This document shows positions 50,801 to 62,011 of a stretch of DNA of 64,000 bases, piece after piece. The position numbers were made by a program, and so were the translations under genes. Positions within the stretch are counted from its first letter, which is position 1. Each line of letters starts with the position of its first letter. The notes under the pieces were generated by a model. That model worked only from the letters and a program-made list of their open reading frames with translations. It made no database searches and was not told where the DNA came from. Source of the DNA: Harriotta raleighana (Eukaryota); contig JBNZDD010013503.1 of the NCBI GenBank assembly GCA_050575255.1, positions 125,924-189,923 on the forward strand, written 5' to 3'.

Positions 50801-53800
50801 CTCTGTTCCTACTTCGCATTCTGCCCCCTGGAGGGTAGGTCAGCCAGCATGCAGGAAAGGGCAAACAGAATGCCTAGCGATAGACTATGGAAACTGTGAC
50901 TGTTATTGCTTAAATAGGTTTCAGATGCTGATAGGCCATATACAATAAAGAACAGCTGTATATTTTTCAAGCGTACTTATTTCTACTTTCAGCCACTCAC
51001 TGTCAAGTACCCACTGCAGAGCTGCCTCTGGCTGAAAACAGTTTGCATCAAAAATGGATTCGGGAGTTCAAAACAAGTTTTGAAGAGGAGCTGGAACCAT
51101 TCAGTTCTGGCAAAAACAAGAAGCTGTAGAGGAAGTATATTCATGTGAACTGCTGCATGATCCTTAGTGTTATGAAAAGAAATCTTGGTCACCAACTGGC
51201 GTCTTGCTCAGTCTTTCATTGTTCTTGTGATTTATGCTTTATATTGCCAGTTAGAGGTAGCCTGGGAGCAGACATTTTGTGCTGAATCTCCTGTGCAGAC
51301 ACATGAAGGAGGACTGGAGGGATGCAGGCAGAATGCCCGATTACAGTAGCACTGGGATGCGGCACGAGATCAGAGAGGAAAGCATCTAACACAGCATGGC
51401 TGCTCCCAGCCTCCTCTGATCACAGCTTTAAAATATATAAGGCAAAGGCAAGCACAGGTTTGTACAAATGTTTTATGACATCATCTGCACCCCACAGCTT
51501 GACTCCTCTATGTAATCACTCCCAGATATCCATTAGTCTCAACACAGCAGAACCACGCAGATGTCTGCCACTGCAATTATATTATATACCACAAACAGAC
51601 ACATGTATGGCTTACTTTTTCTCTCAAATGCTTCAATCTCTAGCCTCATTGGGTTATTGCTCAGCTTTGCTATTGGAGTTGACGGTTCTTCTACTGCAAG
51701 TGATAGTTCAGTGGAAAAGGGAACAATGGTGAAGGAAACATGCTCAATAGTACAAAACACTGCAATGCAGGTCTCGGACAGACTTCCTAGATAACTATCC
51801 AGAAGTACAGATGCAGAGTTGTGACAAGGACACTGTTGGCAAACTGGTCAAGCAGACTCCACATGCATGTTAGTGGTCTAAAACTAACCCATTCAAACAG
51901 GGCAGGCAATCAGGCAGACACACACACAATAAGGAAGTATTGTAGTTGTGACTGAGCCAAGCCCTCATTAAATCTTTCCCTAAGGTGAACAAGCACTCCG
52001 GAGCTATCTAGATTTTGGAATCACCCCCAAACTTATGATAGTTTCGCCACAAATTGTATACAGTACTTTTTAGTGTACTGTATTATGTGAGCCATCTTGA
52101 GAACGTGATGGATGCAATATTAAACATAAGGCTTATTATTATTATCTCTTCAGTGTTTCCATTGGTGGCTACATTTCTGACCGCGATTTATCTGTGAAAG
52201 CACTTCAACTAAATATATGTCAACGCTGGAGGCAAGCTATTTATTTATGTTTTCCTGTAAACAGGAGCCGATGGGGCAAAAGGCATCATTTATTTTTTAA
52301 TTGTGTTACATTTTAATCAAAATCTGAAAGCCAAATAATCGAAAGTGAGAGATAATTATAAAGCCATTTCAATATTTGATGTCAATATAATACAGGTAAA
52401 CCTCATTATAACACTTACCTGCAGCACTGGTGTCCTATGAACCCATGGTAAATAGAAGCACGGTAATGTGCACAAATTAGCTGCCATCTCTACCTACAAA
52501 ATCAGTCACTAAACTCGGCAATGATTACCTGTGCAGCTGTTTGAGACATTTTGTCACGGGATAAGGCACCAGAAAAATGCAACTTTGAGTTCTCTACTTG
52601 TTCTGATCACTGGCAAGAACGCCTGGTGTGATTTTCAAATTAGTGCCAAGTGATGAAGAGAATGGGTAGTAAAGCTGGATCCAGTGTACTGTGGATCCCA
52701 ATATTTGCTGAGTTCTGAAGCATTTTTCCTTCCATAATCCTTTAGGATGTTCAAAAACATAATTTAAAAATCTGATTTAATCCAAAAATTACTAGCTGGA
52801 AACAGGTCTTCTCATCCCTTTTAGGATTAGCTGTAAACCCTCACGGCCTATCAATTCTCAAATGTCACCTTTGTACCTCACCAGTAATTCAATAAACACT
52901 CTTACTCACTGTAAAGTAATTGGGAGGTTTGGAGACATGCAGATTGAATGATTTCCACGTATTCCTCTGTATTTGGAAACAAATGCAGAAATAAATTGTC
53001 TTCGGTGGTTTACTACAGTATAGGCTACTGTTGGGAAAGGATTAAATGGAACCACTTTGTAATTACATATAATTTAAAACCCTCAAACTCCCCTCTACAT
53101 CCGACCAGGAAATGCATTTCAAAAATATTGCTTCTATTTTTAAGACTGTGACAAAAAGCATTTACACAGCATATACAGCTGGGAATCCTGTAGAGGAGCT
53201 GGAGTGAAAGACGCTATAATTCGCTCACTTTCACCGTCTCCAACGGTCTCCGCACTGGTTTTGAAATCAGCCATTTTAATGATCTAATTAGACCAGATGG
53301 CATCAAAACTCGCCTTGTCAGATGATTGTCATTTAACATCAATGGTTTAACACATCAAAAGCCTAACCAAAAACATCTCAAATGGAATGATACATTCCTG
53401 TTTCCAGCATGACCCATCATCAGACTGAAAGAATGGCCCTCAAAGTGCTCTCTCTACAGCAGAGTGCTTCTGTGTTCTCTTCCAGAGTCTCTACAGCCCA
53501 TTACATCTCGATTGCAGCACTTTGCCCGAAACATTAATAAAATGATGAACAATCATTCAGGGCCACAAACGGACTCTTGCTTAATGTGGTGGCGCCTATG
53601 CAGGCATAATTGAAGAACCTGGTACTAACCAAACAATGCAGGAACCTCCCACGCCCGCCACTGCTCCATGCTGAAAGAAATCTAGAGCAATATCTTGCAT
53701 AATAATTTCAGCCCCAAAGCAACACAGCCACCTAGCAGTAGCCTTCTCAGTGAGGGACACGGCAGAACTAACTGTCTCGAGGTCAGGATCGGAGGCATTC

Positions 53801-54285
53801 CAGCAATTTAGCAATAAGAGACCAAGCCTCTCTTTCGCTTCATTGCGGATGACCCAACCCCAACATGATGAGCCAAATGACTTCCTCTAAATGTTGTAAT
53901 TTCCAGGAATCTAGCCAGCAAAGTAAACTTAATTCTTAGTCAGGGTCTAAATTCGCCCCCAACTGCTTAGAGTTTACAAGGCAGAAGGAACCTAGTCCAC
54001 AATGCACAATCCTCCAGATTGTTCCCAAACCACAAGTAATGGAATTCAAAAGTAGAGGAGCTTCAAAAGATACGCGTGTGGCTGTGCTGTGAAATATTCC
54101 AACTGAAGCAAAGACTTGCATCCTATTCTGCCTTCAGTCACCTCTTAATAGGCTCACTCAGCACAGCCCAACCGCTGGACTCCACTCAGCCTAGGAGTAC
54201 ACACGCACGCAAGACAAGGATTTACTGAGAATATGTACTCCAAAGAAGCTTCTGAAAAGCAAATTGGAGGAAAACTGTTCTTTAC

Positions 54286-54365
54286 CGAAGAGCATCTTCC
54301 AGCTTGCGAATTTGTTTCGAGGCCTCTGCTTTCTCTTTGTCACTCTCGTTCCGCAAGGCTTGGAT
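54286..54365 (-). CDS. CEP112: CEP112 exon E (80 nt): IQALRNESDKEKAEASKQIRKLEDAL(R) (different frame from the ORF-track entry)
   Basis: Acceptor tgtttcag|ATC and donor CG|gtaaag (phase 2). Similar to human LQSELDKGKEDTQKKIHKFEEALK. Confidence 0.88.
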
Positions 54366-54612
54366 CTGAAACACAACACATGTGTTTGATTCAGACATTG
54401 TGTTGTAAGCACTAAAACTACAACTGTGTCAGAATAGAAGGCACCAACAAGCAAGCGCTCAGTCTCTGCAAAATTCAAGATCTGGTGAATTGCAGATTTA
54501 GATCCCGGGAGTAGTACCGATAGTAGCGTTTATTCGCTTGGGGGCTGCCAGGTTAGGTGGGGAGGGGTGTGGTACATTACCACGGTGGCTATAGCATGTT
54601 CTTCCACCTCTA

Positions 54613-54873
54613 TAATAATAATAATAATAATCCTGGCCTTTTGATATAGCACTTTTCACATCTTCTAGACATCTCAAAGTGCTTCACAAATATATTGTAA
54701 AATGAATTGACTGTATATTTGTGGGTGAAACGCGGCAGCCAATTTGCGCACAGCAGTGTCCCAAATGACCAATTTTTGGGGGGACTGATTATTATTAGGC
54801 ATGTGGAGTAACAAAACTTGCCCAAGGTTTTCCCTTGACCTGACTGGATTTGAAACAGAGGACTCATGCTTGT
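54613..54873 (-). mobile_element. Young SINE with truncated head (box A missing), followed by a second tail fragment at ~54877-54935
   Basis: Body closely matches the 42920 copy. Confidence 0.85.
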
Positions 54874-55895
54874 TTTTAATAATCCCTGGATTTGATAGAG
54901 CGCCTCAATGTCAAAATGTCTCAAGTGCTTCACAGGTAATTGCTGCCAAGTGAGGTAACTAGTGCGCCAAATGAGCTAGATTTATTCTAGCCAAGGTGAT
55001 TGAAATCATCCCGACACACAGTGCGAAAGAGAAAGAAAAAAACATTAAATAAATACAATTGTAAACCTTGTAGCTATCTATTTATGCACTGTGCGCTGGC
55101 TGCATCAGAGCAAGGACTTAAAAGTATTTGTGCTCTAGCATTACAAACAGGTCGGCACCCAACACAATGCAGATGGGATGTCCGTAATACCTTTAATAAC
55201 CCAAACGACAAACCTTCCTTTCATCCTCCCTCTATTGAGTCTCATTTATTACATGACTGAAAATCAGAAGTGCTTGTGTGCCTGGTGGCATTTCCAGCAC
55301 CTTGGAGGAATGGCTGCCCATCATTTCCCCTTCCCTGAAGGAGAATGCTCCCTGCAGCTGCTCTAATTACTGCTCTCCAACCTGGGCCACCACCATTGAC
55401 CACTATAGCTTTATTGGGGCAGAAAGCAGTAGGCCAGCAGCAGAAAGCAGGTGTGTCCTGCACTTATACAGTCTGCCCGAGTAGGTGAGTTACAACAAGA
55501 TATTATACAATCGTATTTACTTTTCATTCAACGTTACACATAAATTGTATAACTACATTAGGATGCACAAATACACACACAGAGAAAACACCTTGATGCA
55601 CATACGCACTCACAGATTGTAATGGGACCATCACACCACAGGGTCACCATACACTGTGATACATGAATCACAGGATAGATAATGCTTTTGGTTTCTATTA
55701 AAAGGCTCCAGTTTTCATGAAACAAATGCACATTTAACTTTCATTCGATGACAAATCTGAGGGATAACAAACCTTCCCCCAGTGAATAACCAAAAGTCAG
55801 ACTATTGTGTCTAATGCTTCCATATCCTTCAAACGTGGCTGATGGGAGATGACAAGGCTGACAAAAGATACACTTCACGGGTTTACTTCCATTAC

Positions 55896-55955
55896 CTGCT
55901 TTCCATGCATTTGCTCCAGTTGCAGCTTTTCCTGCTCTGATTTTGCTGCTTGATT
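55896..55955 (-). CDS. CEP112: CEP112 exon D (60 nt): NQAAKSEQEKLQLEQMHGKQ (absent from the ORF track)
   Basis: Acceptor tttttctcttttcag|AAT and donor CAG|gtaatg. Its 20 aa fill the expected gap between exons C and E. Confidence 0.85.
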
Positions 55956-56638
55956 CTGAAAAGAGAAAAAACCAGGAGCATTCACCGCGTGCAACCGATT
56001 CTTAACCAAACAATAAACATATCTGTGGTTTATTTTTAATTTATCTCCCGAAGAAGCTGCCTCAATGCTGGGACGCGGTGAGTATGTGGAGGCTGTTCAA
56101 CTGAAACAAGCATCAAGGTCAAGCCCATTCCTCTTCTAACCCGACATCTATACACACTTACCTGCAGGGGTCTCTAGCTGCAGGGCGCTGCATTAGGATA
56201 CACATACATACACACATACACACTTATACAACACAGGTACACAACACTTACACATGGTGGTGCGCAAATAAATACCATTTTGTCTTATATGTGACAGACA
56301 ATTAGGGCACAACAATTTTTCCCACAAAACAGCCATGAAGTGAATGACCAACTTTTTATCTTGGGGATTGTGATGATTGGGGTGAAACGCCCTTAATCAG
56401 TAAAGTGTTACATTCCGCACTTTAACTGAAACTCACTATCACATGGTTTCTGATTTATATATTGATTGTACACAATCATTTGTGTGCTATGTGTCACATT
56501 TCAATATACAGAATGTAGTTTTGAGACGTTGATAAGATGTGAAAAGCACTATATCAAATGCAAGGATTATTATTATTAATATCTAGCAGAGTTTTAACAG
56601 TTCACCCTCAGTTCTCACCCCATCTGCTCACTACTCAC

Positions 56639-56731
56639 CCTCAGCTCCTGATGTTTCTGATATTCACTTTCCTGGATCTCTTTCTTAAATTGGAATATAT
56701 TCTGTTCCAGCTCTTCGATAACTTCAGCCGC
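56639..56731 (-). CDS. CEP112: CEP112 exon C (93 nt): AAEVIEELEQNIFQFKKEIQESEYQKHQELR
   Basis: Acceptor atacag|GCG and donor AGG|gtgagt. Similar to human ASSMIEELEQNVCQLKQQLQESELQRKQQLR. Confidence 0.92.
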
Positions 56732-56859
56732 CTGTATGTGTGTGTGTGTGTGTATGTGGGAGGGAGCGGTGGGGGGGGGGGGGAGCAGGTGAAAGAATAA
56801 CAGAAGCCAGTTTGAAAAGCAATCTTTCACATGAAAGTAACAAAGCAAATTGGAGGATT

Positions 56860-56927
56860 GCAGCACAATACTTAGTGTTAGAATAAATCACACAACTGTA
56901 ATGACTAAATGAATGCCTGTCATTGAA

Positions 56928-56958
<31 letters not shown>

Positions 56959-57246
56959 GACAAACTCTCTCTCTCTCAATGTTCTGCTGTGTCTTGATGT
57001 ATCTTGTGCCCATGTGCAAAGCACAATCCTAGGGTTCACCTTTTACTATGGTTAGNGCAGCACAATACTTAGTGTTAGAATAAATCACACAACTGTAATG
57101 ACTAAATGAATGCCTGTCATTGAAACACACACACACACACACACACAGACAGACAAACTCTCTCTCTCAATGTTCTGCTGTGTCTTGATGTATCTTGTGC
57201 CCATGTGCAAAGCACAATCCTAGGGTTCACCTTTTACTATGGTTAG
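56860..57246. repeat. Direct duplication (196 bp and 190 bp) separated by a single N at 57056; contains (CA)n and (CT)n
   Basis: The copies differ only in microsatellite length: (CA)13 vs (CA)11 and (CT)6 vs (CT)5. Confidence 0.95.
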
Positions 57247-57542
57247 ACACTCAGAAAGACTCCAGAGTTCAGTCTGAAGCACAATATGTTAAAAATTAAT
57301 TAAGAAAAGTATTTTATAAAGAAAAATCGAAGGGAGATAGGGGAGTTGGTACTGAATGGAGAGCTGTCAGTGTCAACAAAGCCCCAATAGGCCAAACAGA
57401 CTCCATCTGGGCTGTAAAATTCTAGGTGATAGATTTTGTACATTAAAAATGTATTATTTCATGATAAGAGTGTGTGTTTGTGGGTGTGGGTGTGTATATG
57501 GGGAGGGGCTGAGGGGCCAGGGTTGCTTGGTTTGTACCGTAC

Positions 57543-57672
57543 CTTAGCTGCTGACCGAGCCTGGTCTTGCTTCAGGTAGTTCATCTCTGAATCACATTTG
57601 CTCTGTAATTGTCTCCTGATCTGCTCGTGATCCTGTAACACTTGCTGCTTGACTTTCTGAAGTACACAGTAT
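57543..57672 (-). CDS. CEP112: CEP112 exon B (130 nt): YCVLQKVKQQVLQDHEQIRRQLQSKCDSEMNYLKQDQARSAAK
   Basis: Pyrimidine-rich acceptor ccctcag|A and donor AAG|gtacgg. Completes the phase-2 codon left by exon A. Confidence 0.9.
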
Positions 57673-59435
57673 CTGAGGGTGGGAGGGAGGAAGAGAACGT
57701 AGAAAAACAAGCACAGTGTGGGTTTATCATGAAGAGAGGTGGGATATCATTAAATAAACCAGTGTTGTGAGGTGCAGTGTCCACCATCCTGTGGGGGTCA
57801 TTGATTGGCATTAGAAAATTAGCAGTGATTGGGTTACAATGAGTAGTCGACCATCGATAGCTATTTCAATTCCTGTACATTATAATTATTCCATCTGCTG
57901 GTTAATGTTTTTATGGTCTTGTTCTGAATTACAGCGCACCATTGCCAGCAGAAGGAGGTCTATCCAATTGCACTTCTGATGGTGGATGTCACTGAAAGGT
58001 CAGACATTGTCAGCTTGTCAGAACTAGTCATTTTGGTTGGGGGTTTGCTGTGCATTCTTAAGCAATTTATTTACATTATTTTGGAGTCTGAAGTTTCACT
58101 ATTTACATTTTTCTTTAAATGGAGGTTTCAAAACATGTATTTTGGGGGTAATAATGTGCTCCCCACTGGTGCAATGTTCATGTGTAAACATATCATCACA
58201 TTTCTCCAGGAGATTTGCTGTACTTTGTTGTATGTTATTCCGTCGCTTCAGAACATTTTATAAAATTGAACGTCACTCATTTAGGCATGTTGTAACTGGC
58301 CACGAAGCAAACATAGAGGAACAAATCCTCAAACCATCAAGAACCTGAACCAAACAAATCTTCCCCAGGCCTCAGCATCTTTTCTCTTGGGCTATTGTTG
58401 TTGCATTTTTGTATTTTTGCGTTATACAAAGAAACAACCATATTTAATAGGACTTTCATTTCAAGTATATAATAAACTATGTTTCTTAACATTCTTCATA
58501 TTGTTCTAATTATGACTGCTTTGCAACATGCCACATTGCAATATTACAAAATATCTGGCATAAATTTGCAGTCTCATTTAAAAAAAAATCCTATTACTGT
58601 ACTGGCACTTATACGTCAACTTGCATTTAAGATAGTATCCTTCACATAGGATAATGTCTGTACAAAGACATGCAAATTCTAACCCAAAGTGTATACTTTT
58701 CACCCTGTAAGGGATATTTATACTTGGAAGGTTAAAGACACCAGGGCTAGGCTTCATCAGCTGGGAGCCTTACATGTCACTTCCCCTAGCTCAGAATATT
58801 CTCCCAGTGTTATGACCTGAAACCTCGCTCTTGTGTGTGCAGAAGCTAAAAACAAAGTGAACTTGAAACATCTATCAAGATCTGTAATTGCCCATGGATA
58901 CAGCCAAGTAACCTTTGTATTTGATATAACTCCTATCAAGGTTGAGAACATATCAAAGTGCTTTACAAAGTTTCTGCAAAGTGCAGCAACTCTGTATTTG
59001 TAGTAAAACTTACTCCCAACAGTTTCCAACTGACTCGGCACCCGAGAGGCAATTTCATGACAGCTCTGTTCAAATTATAAGATTAAAAAAAGGTAATTGG
59101 GTCCATTAAAGCTGCTCCTCCAGACTAGGCCAAAACTACCCTCTTGTGGTCCTCACGACACGCACTATTTCCGGGAGAAAGTCTTGCTTGGAAATTCCTG
59201 AGGTAACTCCACAAAACTGCAGAGCATTCATCCACCTCCATTGTTCAAACCTCCCCTCCTCCCCTAGACACACACGATTCCCTCTTCTCCTACATGTCTC
59301 ATAGAGGAAGAGGGAATCACTCATTTCATAGTCTGGAAGTGCACCCACTCAAAACTCAAATTGTCCCTGTCTTATTTCAACTTATTTCCTCAAGAGAGGA
59401 AGCCAACCCCTGATGTTATCTTGGTCATTCCATAC

Positions 59436-59590
59436 TTTGACTTGACATCCTGCAGCTCCGAGCACAGCCTGTGGCAGCGCTGCTCCAATTCTGCCTTGTC
59501 CTGCATCAGTTTCTGGCGCACCAGCGTGTTGCTCTCAGCCTCCACAGTCAGCTGCTGCACGCGTGTCTCCAACTCCTTCACCATTTGGTT
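59436..59590 (-). CDS. CEP112: CEP112 exon A (155 nt): NQMVKELETRVQQLTVEAESNTLVRQKLMQDKAELEQRCHRLCSELQDVKS(K)
   Basis: Acceptor ctgcag|AAC and donor AA|gtatgg (phase 2). Similar to human KELEARVQQLTGEAENSNLQRQKL. Confidence 0.93.
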
Positions 59591-60514
59591 CTGCAGAGGC
59601 AAGGGAGCAGGTAATCTACCAACACCAATATCAGTGTTGGCTTATATAAGCCATATATATATATAGTAGCTACACAAGACTGTCCACTAAACAACTGAGG
59701 GGGCACAGGCTTTCTGCAATGACTTCTCTGCGTTTGCAATGCAATATCTCAAATTTCATTTCAAACTGAAATGCCAGGTGTTTGAATGGAATCATCTGAG
59801 CTGCCATGTTTCGTGGCCACAACACTCACGCATAGGTTTTCTGTATATTCTCCCAATATTCCAGTGATCACTGACCATTGCAAACTGTAGTCAATACAGT
59901 ATTCATAATCAGAAAAGAGATGAAACAATTGTATGTCTTTCTGTACCATTTGTTACACTATCTAAGGATGGGTAGATATATTATTGTATGTAGCAAGGCT
60001 TTAATAACAGGCTTATTAATGGGGATGTGCAATAATTTCAGAAGGAGTCTCATTGCCATAGTTCAGCAGTTACATCTCAAGCCACTGTATCTGCTAATGT
60101 TAGGAAAGGCTTGAATTAAGAAAGTTTGTGCTTCAATCAACTTTCCCCCTTTCACTTTGCCATTTAGTTATAAAACATAATTGTAACTAAAATGTACTGT
60201 TTGCTTGAATTGCTGCATTTATATATTGTTTGTTAAAGCTATGAACTGAAATGTCTTCAATCATGCCCCAAAACTTTGTAACACAAAAAAAGGTCTTTTA
60301 AACACTTGGTAGAAAATCATTACAGAGAAAAATATGTGACGTAAAACATCTGTTTTTCATAAACTAAAAATTTGCTCATCTTAATGGCCAGGCAGCATGA
60401 ATAATCGCTGCTGGAACCTTCAAATTGGCATAGCTGTTCTCTGATCAGGCAGAAAGGCAGATTACCCATCTTATGTGTAGTGTTTTATACACCACAGTGA
60501 TGGGTAAGGTCAAG

Positions 60515-60667
60515 AGAGAAAAGGGGAGTGAAAGGTGAGAGAGTGTAAGAATGAATAAAAGAATGAGTGAAAGCAAGAGCATGAAAGAAAAAGGTAAAGG
60601 GAAGATGGGAAGAAAGTAGAGAGAGAGAAAATGGAAACTAAAAAGGGAGAAAGAGTAAAAAGAGAGG
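60515..60667 (+). repeat. Purine-rich (GA-rich) low-complexity tract
   Basis: Almost exclusively A/G over about 150 bp. Confidence 0.75.
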
Positions 60668-61117
60668 TACAGTATGCTGTATTTAAGGCCAGCTGAGTTC
60701 CACTTAATGACTGTCTTCTAAAGATATTCTAATCACTGCTCTGTCCTCGTCCCATAAGAGGTGGGGTGATTAGTGACTAAGCCACATTCATTCACCCCTG
60801 CATCTATGTTATAGTAATCAGGATAACATTTTTCTGGGTCAGAAAATTTAAGTCAACAATGCTCACGGCTGAAAGCGAGAGTTCGCCAGCTTGTGCAATA
60901 GCTGAGTAAAGATCCCAACACTGATATTATGGGTTTAAGAGGAATCAAATTACGAAATATTTGGCTCATACCTATGAAGCCTCAATTCAGCCGACAAGGT
61001 TTTGGAGAATAGGAGAAATCACCACCCCACCCCCACTGCCACTCAGCAGGTCACCACATTTTAATACTCTTCCTACTTTTTTTATAAGACTTCAGAGTAC
61101 AGTATTGCCACTGCTTC

Positions 61118-61179
61118 CCTTGGGACTTCCTCCCGACGTGAAAGACGTTCTCTAAATGTAATTTTGTTGTTGTTGTTGT
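61118..61179 (+). mobile_element. L2-type 3' tail fragment
   Basis: cttgggacttcctcccgacgtgaaagacgttctctaaatgtaattttg(ttg)n. Confidence 0.8.
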
Positions 61180-61433
61180 CATGGCCAAATCCTACACCAG
61201 CTGCACACATTATGTAGGTTCTCAGTATTCCCACTCAGTGTGATGGATAACGACAAGGAGAAAAGGAAAACCGATAGATACACGGTAACAGAAAGCACCA
61301 AATCACACACCTAGGTTAGAGTTTTGCAAAAAGGGGCCTAAATGTAAAACCCATTGAAAAACTCTACTCTTTAAATGAAAAATCAAATTCTTGTTATTAA
61401 CATCGCCATTTTCACTATTCAAACCAAAAAAAT

Positions 61434-61485
61434 CAAAATTACATTTATATAGCGCCTTTCACGTCGGGAGGATGTCCCAAGGAGC
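61434..61485 (-). mobile_element. L2-type 3' tail fragment
   Basis: caaaattacatttatatagcgcctttcacgtcgggaggatgtcccaagg. Confidence 0.8.
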
Positions 61486-61819
61486 TGTTACTATTCTTAA
61501 CATCATGGGGATAAACTTTATACATTTGTCTGGTTCTTTCTCTTAGTGAATCCATAGTTACTGATATCAACGTCGGGAAGCTGCTCATCAGAACACAGAG
61601 GAACTTGAATTAACAGTTTTGCATTGGAACAAGACAAGGTAGTTTTAGTGCCTGTGTTAGCAGTGATCTGCAATGCTTATTCAGCTTTCTTCCACAAATA
61701 CGTTCTCTCCAGATATCAGCACTTGTTCAGCACTGAAGGGAGGGGAAGAGAAAAAAGTGACTTGAAAGTTAATCTTAATTCTCTGTAATTGTTTCGTTTT
61801 GGAAAGTTAATGAGGGTGA

Positions 61820-62011
61820 AAAATTGGTCATTTCAATCCATGACTGTTTGTGGGACACAGCAGTGCAAAATTGGCTGCCACGTTTCGCCCACAAAATATG
61901 GTGCAAAAATCCAATGAATCCACTTTACAAATATATTCTGGGAAGAGCTTTGAGACATCTGAACAACGTGATGAGGCACTGGATCAAATGCAAGGATTAC
62001 TATTATTATTA
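61820..62011 (+). mobile_element. 3' half of the young SINE
   Basis: ggtcatttcaatccatgactgtttgtgggacacagcagtgcaaaattggctgcc...aaatgcaaggattac. Confidence 0.8.

Larger units (their letters stand above)
4797..59590 (-). other. CEP112: CEP112 (centrosomal protein 112 / CCDC46) gene, internal portion: 11 coding exons, 1389 nt, 463 aa; gene extends beyond both window ends
   Basis: Exon peptides match recalled human CEP112 in order (e.g. QADAALEEF.RQV.LNS.KVY.EMK, IVELKLEHEQEK, NSQRKQQLVELGLLREEEKQ, FEDEK..LIRDND..IK). All introns are GT-AG and intron phases are consistent (2,0,0,0,2,0,0,0,0,0). Confidence 0.95.

Noticed and set aside
50403-50864. 153-aa minus-strand ORF
   Set aside because: No homology recognised, includes low-complexity G-rich sequence, and is not needed for the CEP112 frame.
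56860-57246. Real tandem duplication
   Set aside because: The junction is an N and the copies differ only in microsatellite length; an assembly artefact is more likely.
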